A stretch of 64,000 nt of DNA from Lama glama (Eukaryota), in contig CM052816.1 of NCBI GenBank assembly GCA_028534125.1, forward strand, positions 39,744,001 through 39,808,000. The letters run 5' to 3'. A program made the translations under genes and the position numbers. Shown one piece after another: positions 1-11,659 of this stretch (the stretch's first letter is position 1; each line of letters starts with the position of its first letter). The notes below the pieces were generated by a model. It was not told where the DNA came from. It worked only from the letters and a program-made list of their open reading frames with translations, and ran no database searches.

Positions 1-1287
1 CAGTGATAAAGAATCTATCAGTGCATCTGAAAAACTGTGTTGGGTACCAGAAGATAATGTTTTTCTTTTTCGTACCTTGTAGCATGTAATACTCCTGTAA
101 GCCAAGTATTTGTCTGACTCTAACCCAATAAAATATAGTCCATATAAAAAAACTAAAAAGTTATTTAGGAAACAACATGTGTGCATACACATATCATCAA
201 TATTCTCCATGACATATACTATGTGGTAACATCTTTCCATTTGTGCAAGTATTAGACATATATAATAAAATGTGTTAAAATATATAAAATAAAATAAAAT
301 CTGTAATAGAATAAAATTAAAATATATGATACATATCACATAAGGCTATAAATTAAAGCATACTCACTTGAAATTAAAATGTTGAGATCTGAAATACAAT
401 GCATTGCATCAAAAAGATGCCAGTTTTGAGCAGCTAATTAGCCTTCTAATTTGGAACATACTGTAATTGGGTCGCCTCTATTATGAGAGTTGGAATTGAA
501 AACAAGTGTGTATTCCTTACATTTATATTACTAAATTGTCACACATAATTGTTTTTTTTTAATTTCTGCAGGTAATTGACTTGTAATTTTTATGTTATTG
601 CCACATATTTCTGCCATGGAGTCTCTTTATAATCCATATCCACTGCAAATTCTTCATTTCAAGGACTACAGAATGTGTAACAACATGAACTCACTCATAC
701 AGCTTCATGGAAATAGCATCGTCTAGAAAGGAGTCACTTTGTATGTCAACTAATAAAACATTTAGAACACTTTCTTATGGTCCACAATCCTGATTTTTTT
801 TATTATAAACGCACTATAAAATGGAATATGTGGAAATAAAAAGAGAGAATATGTAATCACTAATTTCTTAAGACATTTATGTATTTTTACATTGATATAT
901 CTATAATTTGCATGGATTTATATTTTTTTAACTATATTAACAATTTTAAGGAACTAAGGGGTCTGAGAGATGAATATTTATTCTTTGAGGGCCATAAGTG
1001 AGAAAATAAAAGCTGAACTTGTGGATCTACTAAGCAGCAGATAGAATGTAATTTATAATTATGTTTTTTTAGTAATATAGAAAAGGTGAGATTTGGTTGG
1101 TTATGCTATCAAATTACAGATAAGGGCAATTATTTAATGCTGAAATATTTGACTAACAATGGATAAATGAGAGCCTGGAAAAGGAATTATCTAGAAAGGA
1201 AGTATGGGTTAAGATAGGGAAGGTATACTGCAGAAAAAAACCCACATTAGCTTAATTCTTACAAAAGCATTAACTTTTCTCACTTAC

Positions 1288-1404
1288 CCAAATATCCCAT
1301 GTTTGGTTGGTTCAGTTCCACAGAATCAAGAACGATCCAGGATAATGGAGGCTGCACTGTCTTCTGTCAATTCACTCTCTATAACGATGAGGTCCCTTTG
1401 GTCC
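1288..1404 (-). other. Candidate non-coding (lncRNA/UTR) internal exon, 117 nt
   Basis: Minus-strand acceptor 'tctctacctctttccttgcag|G' and donor 'TGG|gtaagt'. All three frames contain stops. Confidence 0.4.
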
Positions 1405-1640
1405 CTGCAAGGAAAGAGGTAGAGATTCTCATAATTAAAAGATTTAGCCTAGAGGTAATCACTCAACTTACACCACTATGACAAAAATAAATTGTACTGC
1501 TCTATCTTACTGAAAATTTGTTAGAAAATTTAGTTTTCTCTGTGAGCCCACAAGGAGATCAGATGGTTCTAAGGACTACTTCTGTCTACCACAGACGAAT
1601 GGTCATATTTCCACCATTTCAGCTGACTAAATATGATAAC

Positions 1641-2090
1641 TCTACTAATTAGAATTGTTTCTTCAGTGCCTTCATCTCTCCAAAAATCTTGTTCATGTAG
1701 AACCTCAAAATCTGACTTATTTGGAAATTGGGTCTTTACAGATGTTATTAGTTAAGATGATGTCATACTGAATTAGGGTGGGCTGTAAATCCAAAGACTG
1801 CTATCTTTATAAGAGGAGGGGATGCCCAGAGATGCACAGAGAAGAAGGTCATGTGAAGTTGTAGGCAGAGTGGAGAGAGAGAGCTACAAGCGGATGGTTA
1901 CCCACAACCATGTGGGACCTAGGAGGAGGCAAGGAAGGGTTCTTCCCCTGAGACTTTCAAGGGAACACAATCCTGATGACACCTTGATTTTGGACTTCCA
2001 GCCTCCCAAATTGTGACAAAGAAAGCTTCTGTTCATTTTAAGTCACCAAGTTGTGCTAACTTACTACAGCGACTGTCAGAAATGAATACA
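1641..2090 (+). mobile_element. Solo MaLR LTR, MLT1C/MLT1B-like
   Basis: Matches recalled MLT1 consensus blocks: 'ttatttggaaattgggtctttacagatgttattagttaagatgatgtcatactg', 'gaggcaaggaagggttcttcccctgag', 'acaccttgattttggacttccagcctcc'. Ends in the MLT1 terminus 'aaatgaataca'. Confidence 0.9.
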
Positions 2091-2612
2091 GTAATCAAAT
2101 TTTCAAAAACTCAATTTTATCTTGGTTTTCTTGAAAGCTGCATCAATTTACTGTGAAATTTCTTTTGCCAGAAAGATTTACTAAAAATTATACTAGGACT
2201 TCCATTTCTATTTGACTCTCCTTTTTCAACTTTGGATTTTACATCCAAAGTTGTACCTTCTTTTGAGAGGGAAAATTTCTCTTGTAAGTCTGTTTTAATT
2301 AAAGTGACTGTCTTAATAGATTGTAAAGAATTAAAATAATAAAAACCTAGGGTCACAGATCTGTACTTTTTTAATATGCACAATGAATCATACGTGATGT
2401 GAATTAAAGTTTAAAATATGTTTGCAGTGTTTCACATTGTGTAGGTGTTCAACAAAAAGAAAAACAATGGTTTAATTGTGATGAAATAAGTGAAATTATA
2501 TACTTATAGATGACAATCATATAAATGACTACTAGATCTAGAAAAACAAAGTTTTATTAGTGTTTATCTCAAATCACATATGTGATAATTGATCAATTAT
2601 ATAGAGCTAAGC

Positions 2613-2835
2613 ACACAGAGACACACACAGACACACACAAGAGTACAGATAAAACTAGCAACATCTCATTAAGACTCGTAGGTTTAATCAGTATCAATAT
2701 CCTGGTTGTGATATAGTACTATAATTTTGCAAGATGTTACCACTGAGGAAAACTGTATAAATTATACACAGGGACTCTGTATTATTTCTTAAATAGCATG
2801 TGAATCTACAATGATTTCAAAAAAAGGGTTAATTA
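2613..2835 (+). mobile_element. Old LINE-1 3' end (L1MC-type)
   Basis: 'atcaatatcctggttgtgatatagtactataattttgcaagatgttaccactgaggaaaactg...gtattatttcttaaatagcatgtgaatctacaat' is the typical L1MC 3' terminus. Confidence 0.8.
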
Positions 2836-5209
2836 TAAAATATAATAATAGAGCTATATTAAAACATATAATATTAAAAATAAACAAAAAAATACGTCCA
2901 GCAGATTGCTACCTTTAGAACATAAGGAACTATGTGTATGTATTTGTGTGTGTGTTGATAGACATAGTTGTAGTAATACAAGAAAAACATTAAGGAATGT
3001 TTATGGCATCTATTAAAATATGAATAAAAGAGGATAATAATAAATTTACAATAATTTTATTTATCCCATCAAAATGATCAGTTCTGGTTATGCCTGTGTA
3101 CACACTTGATCATAAACATTCTATTTGATTTTTTTTTCTTTGTGGTTGGTAAAATGTTATTTTACCTAGCTATATTTATTAGGCTTTTAGTATTACCTTT
3201 TAAGTTAATTAGTAAAAATACTTTGCAGAATTAAAAAAGAAGAAAAATGTGAAGGTGAAAAAATATTTTCACTAAAAAATTATGGACTACAAATATTTTA
3301 TCAGAGGTTAATATAATTTGGTTCTTACTTTAGCATTTGTATCCTAAAGCTTCAATTATTTTTCTTAATGACAATTTAAAAATTAAATATCAATGCTAAA
3401 GTTGCAATTTTCAAGTTACTGTCAAATTAATATATTACAGTTAAAAATGTGTACATGGATTTAGGTGGAGTCAATTCCCACAGAAGGATGTATAGTTAAC
3501 AACATTCTCTTTGCCCTAGTTCTGCTCTTCACTTTAATATCAAGAAACAATAACTTTTGTTTTACAGTTCAAATTTTGTTTTTAGCTTCTATACTCTAAA
3601 TAATATAAAAATGTTATCGATTTATTAACCTTAGTGAATAAAAGATGAAACTGTGCCCATACAAACTATTTCATCACAACTTTTCATGACCCAACTTCAG
3701 GTTTTGTATATTTGTTATACACACACACTACTTGTGTAAATCTCTAATTCTTATTTTATTAACCTAAGAGTATCTCTTGGCTTCTCATTATGTAATATGA
3801 CCACAGTAGCAGCCCTGTCATTATTTCCATCCACCTACCCTATCATAAACTTTTCCCTTCCAATGTTTATCCTATTTACCATTACACTTTTGAAGCACAA
3901 GCCCTCTAAAAGTTCTAAAAGTTGAAAAACAATGAATTAAGCACACATTTTCATAACCTGATAAATTCTCTTTGTTAAAGAACCAAGAATGCACTAGGGT
4001 TATCTTTGCCTCTATGGTTCTATAACACAATTTCTCTGCCACACAACAGAAATGAGTTCCAGAACCAATAATATTCTCTTTTCTCATTTTCCAAAAATCA
4101 TGCCATATTTTACTTTACTTCATATTTGGACTATTTTCTTGTATTTTGTGGTTTTTTTCCTGAATACTTATCAATCATTTTTATTCTTTTTTCTTGCTGA
4201 AAAGACTTTCAGATTTCTGAAGAGAATCCCTCTGAAAACCACCCCAGAAGCTGAGTGGAAGTAGGGGTAACATCAGTGTTGTGATGGAGAGACTGGGACT
4301 GATTCATGCTGTTTCTTTCTTTGTCTGGTCGTCCAGACAGTATTGTCTGTAATATCAGATACTGTTCTAAGTCTCTATATATTCCCTACCAACTACAAGG
4401 CTGGATCCTCTGTTGTTTTACTTGGAAGATTGGCTTCCACGCATTTAAAGATATAATGCCAAAATTATATATATTATCAAACAACATTGTCCAGTGATAT
4501 TCATTATAATGATGATTTTTAAGAAACTATGATGTCATGAGAAAAAGAATGTCGTGTGAAAAAAGGATAGCTAAATATATTCTAAAACATACTAATTTCC
4601 CATACTAACTTCTCTTTTTATACTTCTACAGCACATTATACAGTTATGATTAAATTGAGTAATTAGTAGTTTATGGCTTATTCTCCTCTCTAAAAGCATA
4701 GGTTGTATCAATATTGCTCAACATAATATCCTCTGTGGCTCACATAACAATTGCAAATTTTCAGTCCCGATAATTTTGGGGAGAATAAAAGGTGAATAAT
4801 AAAGCAAGAAGTGGGGTGCCTAATGTTTAAGAATATGATTATATATTGCATTTGCCAGAAAGTTCTGGTTGCCTGGTAATATTATTTTTTTCTCCTATAA
4901 AATTAGAAAATCATTCAACAATGCATATTTCAATTAAAATGTCACTTTCTTTAAACAACCAACTTCATATGTATTTTTCCATTTTATGTTAATTTTCAAT
5001 ACCATTTACCATCTCTTGTATTTCCATAACCAGTATGCAATACCTCAATGATTTTTTCTCTACATAAGCGAGTGTCATACTCTAAAGATGAACTTAATAA
5101 CATGCTCATCACAAAATAATAGTAGCCTAAAATACAGGCAATAATTTACATATATGATCACTAAACTCTAAGATATTCCTATTGAGAAACATTGTAATTC
5201 AAATTCAAA

Positions 5210-5480
5210 TTATTTACTAACTCATTCAATAACAAATATGTCTGGTTATAGAGTCTGACCCTCGGTTTATAGTATGAATTTAACTTTAAGATAAAATATT
5301 CTATCCTTTATAAAAAGCTTATCCTTTCTAGAAGAGGAGACAGATAATAAAATAGGCAGTTGCTTTCTCAGGAAGAGATTGTGAGAATTACTGTGAGTCA
5401 AACAAATAAGAAAAGATGCTACAAAAACTGAAAAAGCCTCCTTTTGATAAGACGGTCAGAGAAAGCTTTTTTGAAGAATG
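5210..5480 (-). mobile_element. Degraded L2 3' fragment
   Basis: 'ctcattcaataacaaatat...agcttatcctttctagaagaggagacagataataaa' resembles the reverse complement of an L2 3' end. Confidence 0.45.
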
Positions 5481-7128
5481 AACAATAAGAATTTCAGTGA
5501 TGTACACAAAATTATTTTTGGTACTTTTGCATATCAACTGAGACTAAGTGTCATTAAACTCAATGAAATTATTATACATGTTTAAAACACAAACATTTAT
5601 GTTTTAAAATAAAAATATTAGAAATTGTTTAAACATAATATAAAATTTTATGTCAAAAAGCCAACAGTCTTATTACACTTTCAATGGAACTTAAACCACC
5701 GTACAACTGCAAGACAGTTAAGTATCTTATAAAAGTGATGAAAAGGTTGTGATTTGAGAATGTTTACTGGAGCGTACACATGTGAGAAGTCATGTGGGGG
5801 TAATAATCATGGGAGGAATTAAGTTGGAGACCCTAAGGACTCTATCAATTGGCATCGTAGAAGACGGGGTAAAACAGGAATGCATGCACATGAGTTTCCT
5901 CGTATACATGGCAAAGTTACTGTCTGTGAGATTTATCATTTCTGTTAAATAAATGTTATTGTTCTGACAAATTCACTAATTTCTCCAATTTAAATTATTG
6001 CCCCTGCAGAGGATTGTATAGTAAATCATTAAAGGTGTCTTAATTAATGTGGTATTTAGATTTTATCCCATATGTCATTCTAACAGCCCGGCCAACAGGC
6101 TAAAAAGTGAAAAAAAAAAAAAAATTCAAGCCAGTGCTTGAATACAGTGATAGCCTAGAAAAGGGTTGACAATTAGGAAAGCAACTCTTTCAGACTGGGC
6201 TACAGGTTAATTTCAGATAGGTCTACAAAAAGTCCATAGACTTTTTCACAAAGTCGTCTTTTTCACCAGCTGTTGGTTGTTCAAGTTTCTGGTTTATATA
6301 TATAACCAATTTTATCTTCAAATAGACACAAGATCAGAATGTAGAAGATGCTTAGAAGATGTTTAAAAACTGTTAGAAAATAGTCTTCATATTTATAGCC
6401 CATCAAGGGAACTGTTTTAACCCAATATGATTTTTAAAAATTCAGTGAAAATATAAACTACCATCAACAAATTAAAATAGCTTTTCATAGTAATATTGAG
6501 GAAATTAAACAATTTTCTTCTCTCCCACAATGAATACATTTTCACCAAATATTCATCTTGGTAGTTTTATTTTGATTGATATCTTTTCTTTACTTGCTAC
6601 ATACTTAACTGCTGCTATGTGCAGCTTTAAGAATCACTGTGTTCTCCTATAAAGCCTGCAATCCAATTCAGCTTTTCATTTCTTGTGATACCTCTATTAT
6701 AAAGGAATGAATTTGGATGGTGATGAGCTGGAAAGGATTAAGATTGACTGGCAGACATACCCAATTAATGGCAAGAGTCACAGAGGGTACAGAAGTGTGG
6801 ATCTACCACAGCAAACTCCACAGATAGAAGGATCTTTATAATTTGATGCTGTGACAGATTTGCAAACAAGACTTTTCCAACACTGAAGCATCAGCTTTAG
6901 CAGTAAGCACTTTGAACAAAATATTTCCAATTCTCTAAAATGTTTAACTTTCAAATAGCAGAAGTTGGAAGGGGTTCAGAGTTATTCATATTTATTGCAG
7001 CAAAAGTTCAACTCAGGAAAATATACACATAAAGTGTCCATCAGTTGCTTCAGCACTTGAGGTTTCAGTGCTCTGTCTGGCAGGTAGTTTGCCAGGAAAG
7101 CGGAAGTAACATATACTTAGCTCTTTCA

Positions 7129-7168
7129 ATTTCTCACGATCTCTTCCCATTTCTCACGATCTCTTTCC
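7129..7168. repeat. 20-bp tandem duplication (atttctcacgatctcttYcc x2)
   Basis: Seen directly: 7129-7148 vs 7149-7168, one mismatch. Confidence 0.9.
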
Positions 7169-7826
7169 TGATTCTACATAGCAACACAACATCTGGTTCT
7201 AGGTAGACAGTGAATAAAGATACAGTCACCTTTGTACATATCTTTTTATATTTCTTGAGAATTCATTCTGAGGTTTTTTTAGAGAAACATTTAGTGGCAA
7301 GGTCCTATGGTCAGTTGCTGTTATCTTGAAAACATTAAAAATGTTAACAGAAATGAAATAAATTTGTCATATGTCAAGGATGATAAGCTTTTCTTCTCAT
7401 AAGTTTGCACTTCCCCCAACCACCACAGACCTATTATTAATTGCTGTGAGATGTTAGTAGAAATCTGGAGGTCTTAAAAACCCCAATAAATCCTTAGCAT
7501 GTGGCATCATCACAAACTTTATTTTACCCACCTACCTGCTTATCTTTTGCAATAAAGTTAAGCTGCATTTTAATATGTAGTGTGTCAAGGGGAAATTTTT
7601 ACCTCAAAGATGGCAAACTTGGGTGACTATAGAAGGCTCATTGAAAATTACAAATAAGATTAAAAGATAAAATAGTGATGGCAAAAAAATAACTCTATTC
7701 CAAAAAACGCAAAAAAAAAATTCGGGAAAACTACCAGACAGACACTTGTTAACTAGTAAAGTCTATTTTCAAGCATCACAACAGAAGATTATTGTTTTAC
7801 AGGTCAGGACGATAAAGATGCCTTGA

Positions 7827-8077
7827 GAAGGGATAAATTTGGGAGTTTGAGATCTGCAAATGTTAGCCACTATATATAAAAATAAATTTTAAAAAGAACA
7901 AATTTCTTCTGTATAGCATAGGGAACTATATTCAATATCTTGTAATAACCTTTAACAAAAAAGAATATGAAAACAAATATATGTATGTATATGGATTACT
8001 GGGACCTTGTGTTGTACACAAGAAGCTGACACGTTATAACTGACTATACTTCAATTAAAAAAAAAAAAGAAAAAAGA
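7827..8077 (+). mobile_element. Young 5'-truncated camelid-type L1 3' end with poly(A) and TSD
   Basis: 'gggataaatttgggagtttgagat...ctgtatagcatagggaactatattcaatatcttgtaataacc...aactgactatacttcaatt(A)n'. Flanking direct repeat atgccttga at 7818-7826 and 8078-8086. Confidence 0.93.
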
Positions 8078-8487
8078 ATGCCTTGATGCTATGGCAGTTA
8101 ACAAAGATACATAGTTCAGATGATGATTACAGTAGTTAACACTTTTAAAGTGCAAACTTTACCAACTTGACATCACTATTTAGCTAGAATTTTAAAAGAA
8201 TTATCAGCTATGAAAAGTCACCACCTGTTAATGAATCATTGGTTGCTTTTGAAACCAATTTATTTCCTTTCCAAAGCAATTTCAGACGAACTCATAGCTA
8301 TTAAAATAATTAAATACAAATGACATGCTGGGGAAAATGTGAAGAAAAGAAAACAATCTAAAATACTCATTATTTCCTAAAAGTGAAATCCCACAGATTG
8401 GACTACTCCTGCATTACTGGTTTCCAAATCAGCCAAATAATCAGAAAACCTGAGAGTTTATTTTTCTCCTGCATCTTTTAATTCAGT

Positions 8488-9500
8488 CTTTTAAATTGAG
8501 GTATGCTTGGGATGCAATAAGATGCATATATTTGAAGCGTACAATTTCGTAAGTTTTGACATATGTATACACCCGTGAAACCACCACCATAATCAGGATG
8601 CTAAACATATCCATCATCTTCAAAAGTTTCCTTGTGCCACTTTACAATGCCTCCTGTCTACCACCCAGTGAGCCCCCTTTCCCAGACACCACTGATCTCT
8701 GTTCTGTTACTATAAGTTAGTGTGTGTTTTCTAGAGTAATATACAAATAAAATAATACAGAATGCACTCTTTTCCATCTAGCCTTTTTCGCTCAGCATAA
8801 TTATTTTGAGACTCATCTATCATGTACTATATATCAATAGTGCATTCATGTATGGCTGAGCAGTATAACACTGTATTGCTATACAACAGTTTGTTTATCC
8901 ATTCACCTGTAGATGAACAATGTTGATTATTACAAATAAAGTTATCAAATACATTTGTGTACAAGTCTTTGTGTACGCTCATGCATTCTTTTCCCTTGGG
9001 TAAATGCTTAAGAAACCCCACAATGGGTGGATCATATGACAGGTGTCTGTTTACATGTAAAGAAACCGGCAAATTACTTTCCAAAGTGGTAATAACATTT
9101 TACATTCTCATGACCAGGTTTAAGAGTATCGATTCCTTCATATGACTACTAAAACTTCATATGGTCCATCCTTTTGGTTTAAGTTATTCTAATTGGTGTG
9201 AATGGGTGTGTCCTGTTACCTCATGTTGGTTTAATTTGTACTTTCCTAATAGGTGTTGATACTGAGCATCTTCTATGCTTATCTGCCATTTATGTATTGT
9301 CTTTGGTAAAGTGCCTATTCAAATGTTTGTGCTTTTTCAAATATTTGGGTATTTTGTTTTCTTATAATTGAGTTTTGAAGGATTTTCTATAATGTGAATA
9401 ATTTGGATATAAGTTCTTAATCAGACATATGCTTTATAAATATTTTCCCTAGTCTCTAGATCTCAATTTTGCCTTTTTATTTTCTATGTAGTGTCTTCCA
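8488..9500 (-). mobile_element. Old LINE-1 3' portion (L1MB/L1ME-type)
   Basis: Begins 'ttttaaattgaggtat...aagttttgacatatgtatacacccgtgaaaccaccacc' and continues with 'tttatccattcacctgtagatgaaca', i.e. reverse-strand L1 3'UTR and ORF2 end. Confidence 0.85.
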
Positions 9501-9554
9501 AAGTGCGTATGTAAGGCACTACTGAGATATGTTTTAAATGAGATGTGTGTAGTA

Positions 9555-9650
9555 GTGGGGGTCCTTGGGAAGCTTTTTAAATATATTGATTCCTAAGCTT
9601 CACTTGAGAAGTTGAGTCTGGGAAAGAAGTTAGGGATATGCATTAGTTGG
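9555..9650. mobile_element. Possible MER5-like hAT MITE fragment
   Basis: 'cttgggaagctttttaaaatatattgattcctaagcttcac...gtctggg...atatgcatt' resembles the MER5 core. Confidence 0.4.
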
Positions 9651-9694
9651 CTGAAATATACATTCTTACTACAGTATTGATTAATTTGTTGTTT

Positions 9695-11150
9695 AATCAA
9701 TTTGCTTGAGATATAATGTACATAAAATAAAGTCAGTGATTTTAAGTTTAGAGTTCAGAGGGTTTTGATAAATATATACTCTTGTATAACCACTACCAAA
9801 ATCAAGATATAGAATGACGCCATCTCCCAAAAGAATTGTCTCTTGCCCCTAGGTAATCACATACTCCCAATGCCATATAATCAATATTCTACTTAAACTA
9901 TAGATCTGACTTTTTTATAAAATCAAACAAATATAATCACACAATAATATTTTATGTCTGGCTAATTTCACTTAGCATAATGCTTTTACAGTTCATTCAT
10001 GTAGTGGTATCTGCATTTTGTTCCATTTTTGTTGCTAAGCAGTATTTACAATACTGATATAACACAGTTTTTGTATTCACCAATGACTGAGACATTTGGT
10101 TTGCTTCTAGGTTTTTCCTGTTAAAAATAATGTAGAATATCTGCTGACACATTTTTGTGTTAGTGTATGTTTTCATTTCACTTATATATCAATAAACCAG
10201 TGATGTATGATAGTTCAAATTAATCCACATATTTTCAACACTTGACATTATCAGTCTTCCTAATTTTACATATTTTGATGAGGGCATAGCTGTATTTGTG
10301 GCTCTTGTTGGCATTTTCCTAATGGCTAATGATTTTGAGCATCTTTTCACCTGTGCCTCTATATAACTTTTTTCAATATAGAGTCTATATAAATAAGTAG
10401 CCCATAGAGATTAATTCTTTTGGATAGTCATTGTTGAGTTGTAAGAGCTCTTGATATTTTTGGATATAAGTCCTTTATCAAATATATGACTCACAAATAA
10501 TTTCTCCTATTCTGCTACTTGTGTTTTTGTTTCTTAGCAGCATTTTTCAAAGAGCATAAGTTTTCATTTTGATGAGGTCCAAGTATCTATGTAATTCTTG
10601 TATGGTTCATCCTTATTTTCATATCCTAAGATAATATTGCCTAAACCAATGAGACACATATTTTATCCTAATTTTCCTCTAGTAATTTCATAGTTTTGAC
10701 TCTTACAGTGAGATCTCTGTTCCACTTTTGGTTAATTATTTTTAAAAAGTTTGAAGCACGGGTCAAGTTCTTTTTTTGTTCCATGGCTATCTGTTTCAAC
10801 ATCATCTGTTGAAACACATATCCTTTCTCATTGAATTGTTTTGGCACACTTGTTAAGAATGTACGGATCATATCTGTATAATTCTGTACTTCGTATGCTC
10901 TTCCACTGAACTCTGCATCTATTCTTCATGTCAATACCATCTTGTCTCATTAGTGTAGTTTTGAAGAAATGCTAAGGTAGTTTAAGTCCTCATATGTTCT
11001 TCTCAAAAAATAATTTTGTTATTCTACATCTTTCTTTGCGTATTCATATAAGTTTTAAAATCAACCTGTAAATTTCCACAAATTAAAAGAAAGCTGGCTG
11101 AATTGATTGACTGTCTGCTTAACTGTAGTGAATCTTCCAATACATAAAAT
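9695..11150 (-). mobile_element. Old LINE-1 3'UTR plus ORF2 C-terminal region (L1ME-type)
   Basis: 'ttgagatataatgtacat...aaccactaccaaaatcaagatatagaa'. The minus ORF 10668-10871 (…QKWNRDLTVRVKTMKLLEEN) resembles the L1 ORF2 motif 'SKWIKDLNVRPETIKLLEEN'. Confidence 0.85.
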
Positions 11151-11659
11151 CTTACAAATTTACAGGTCCACACTCCCCCCCGTGTCTTTTATGTTATAGT
11201 TTTATATGCATTAAAAATATGTGCATTAAAAAATCCCCTAACTTTTACTTCAAAGAGCAATATGCTTTAAAACAAGGTAAGAAGAAAATGGCCATAAACA
11301 ATCTTTTCCAGTTTACCCTGTTGTTTACCATTTCTCATCTTCTCAATTGCTTTGCCTGAGGATTAGAGTATCTAACTAGTCCTGTTAACCTGAAGGGCTT
11401 TCCTTTATCAATTCTACAGGAAAAAAATTATTTTTTTTTGAAAAATGAATTCATTTCACTTTTACTCTGGAATATTTTTGCTGGAAATAAAATTCTAGGT
11501 TAATTGTTTCCTTATGGTGTTGGTTACATGATTATATATGATAAATAACGATTGTTACATGAATATCCATTCCATCAATGATCCTATAATTTGTTTGCAG
11601 TATATATGAAAAGCAGTTTTATGTCAGTTGTGCCTAACTCTTCAAAATAGAAGCGTTAA

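Noticed and set aside
1372..1404. Collagen exon (GPKGPH at the start of the minus-strand exon)
   Set aside because: Only two Gly-X-Y triplets occur before a stop codon.
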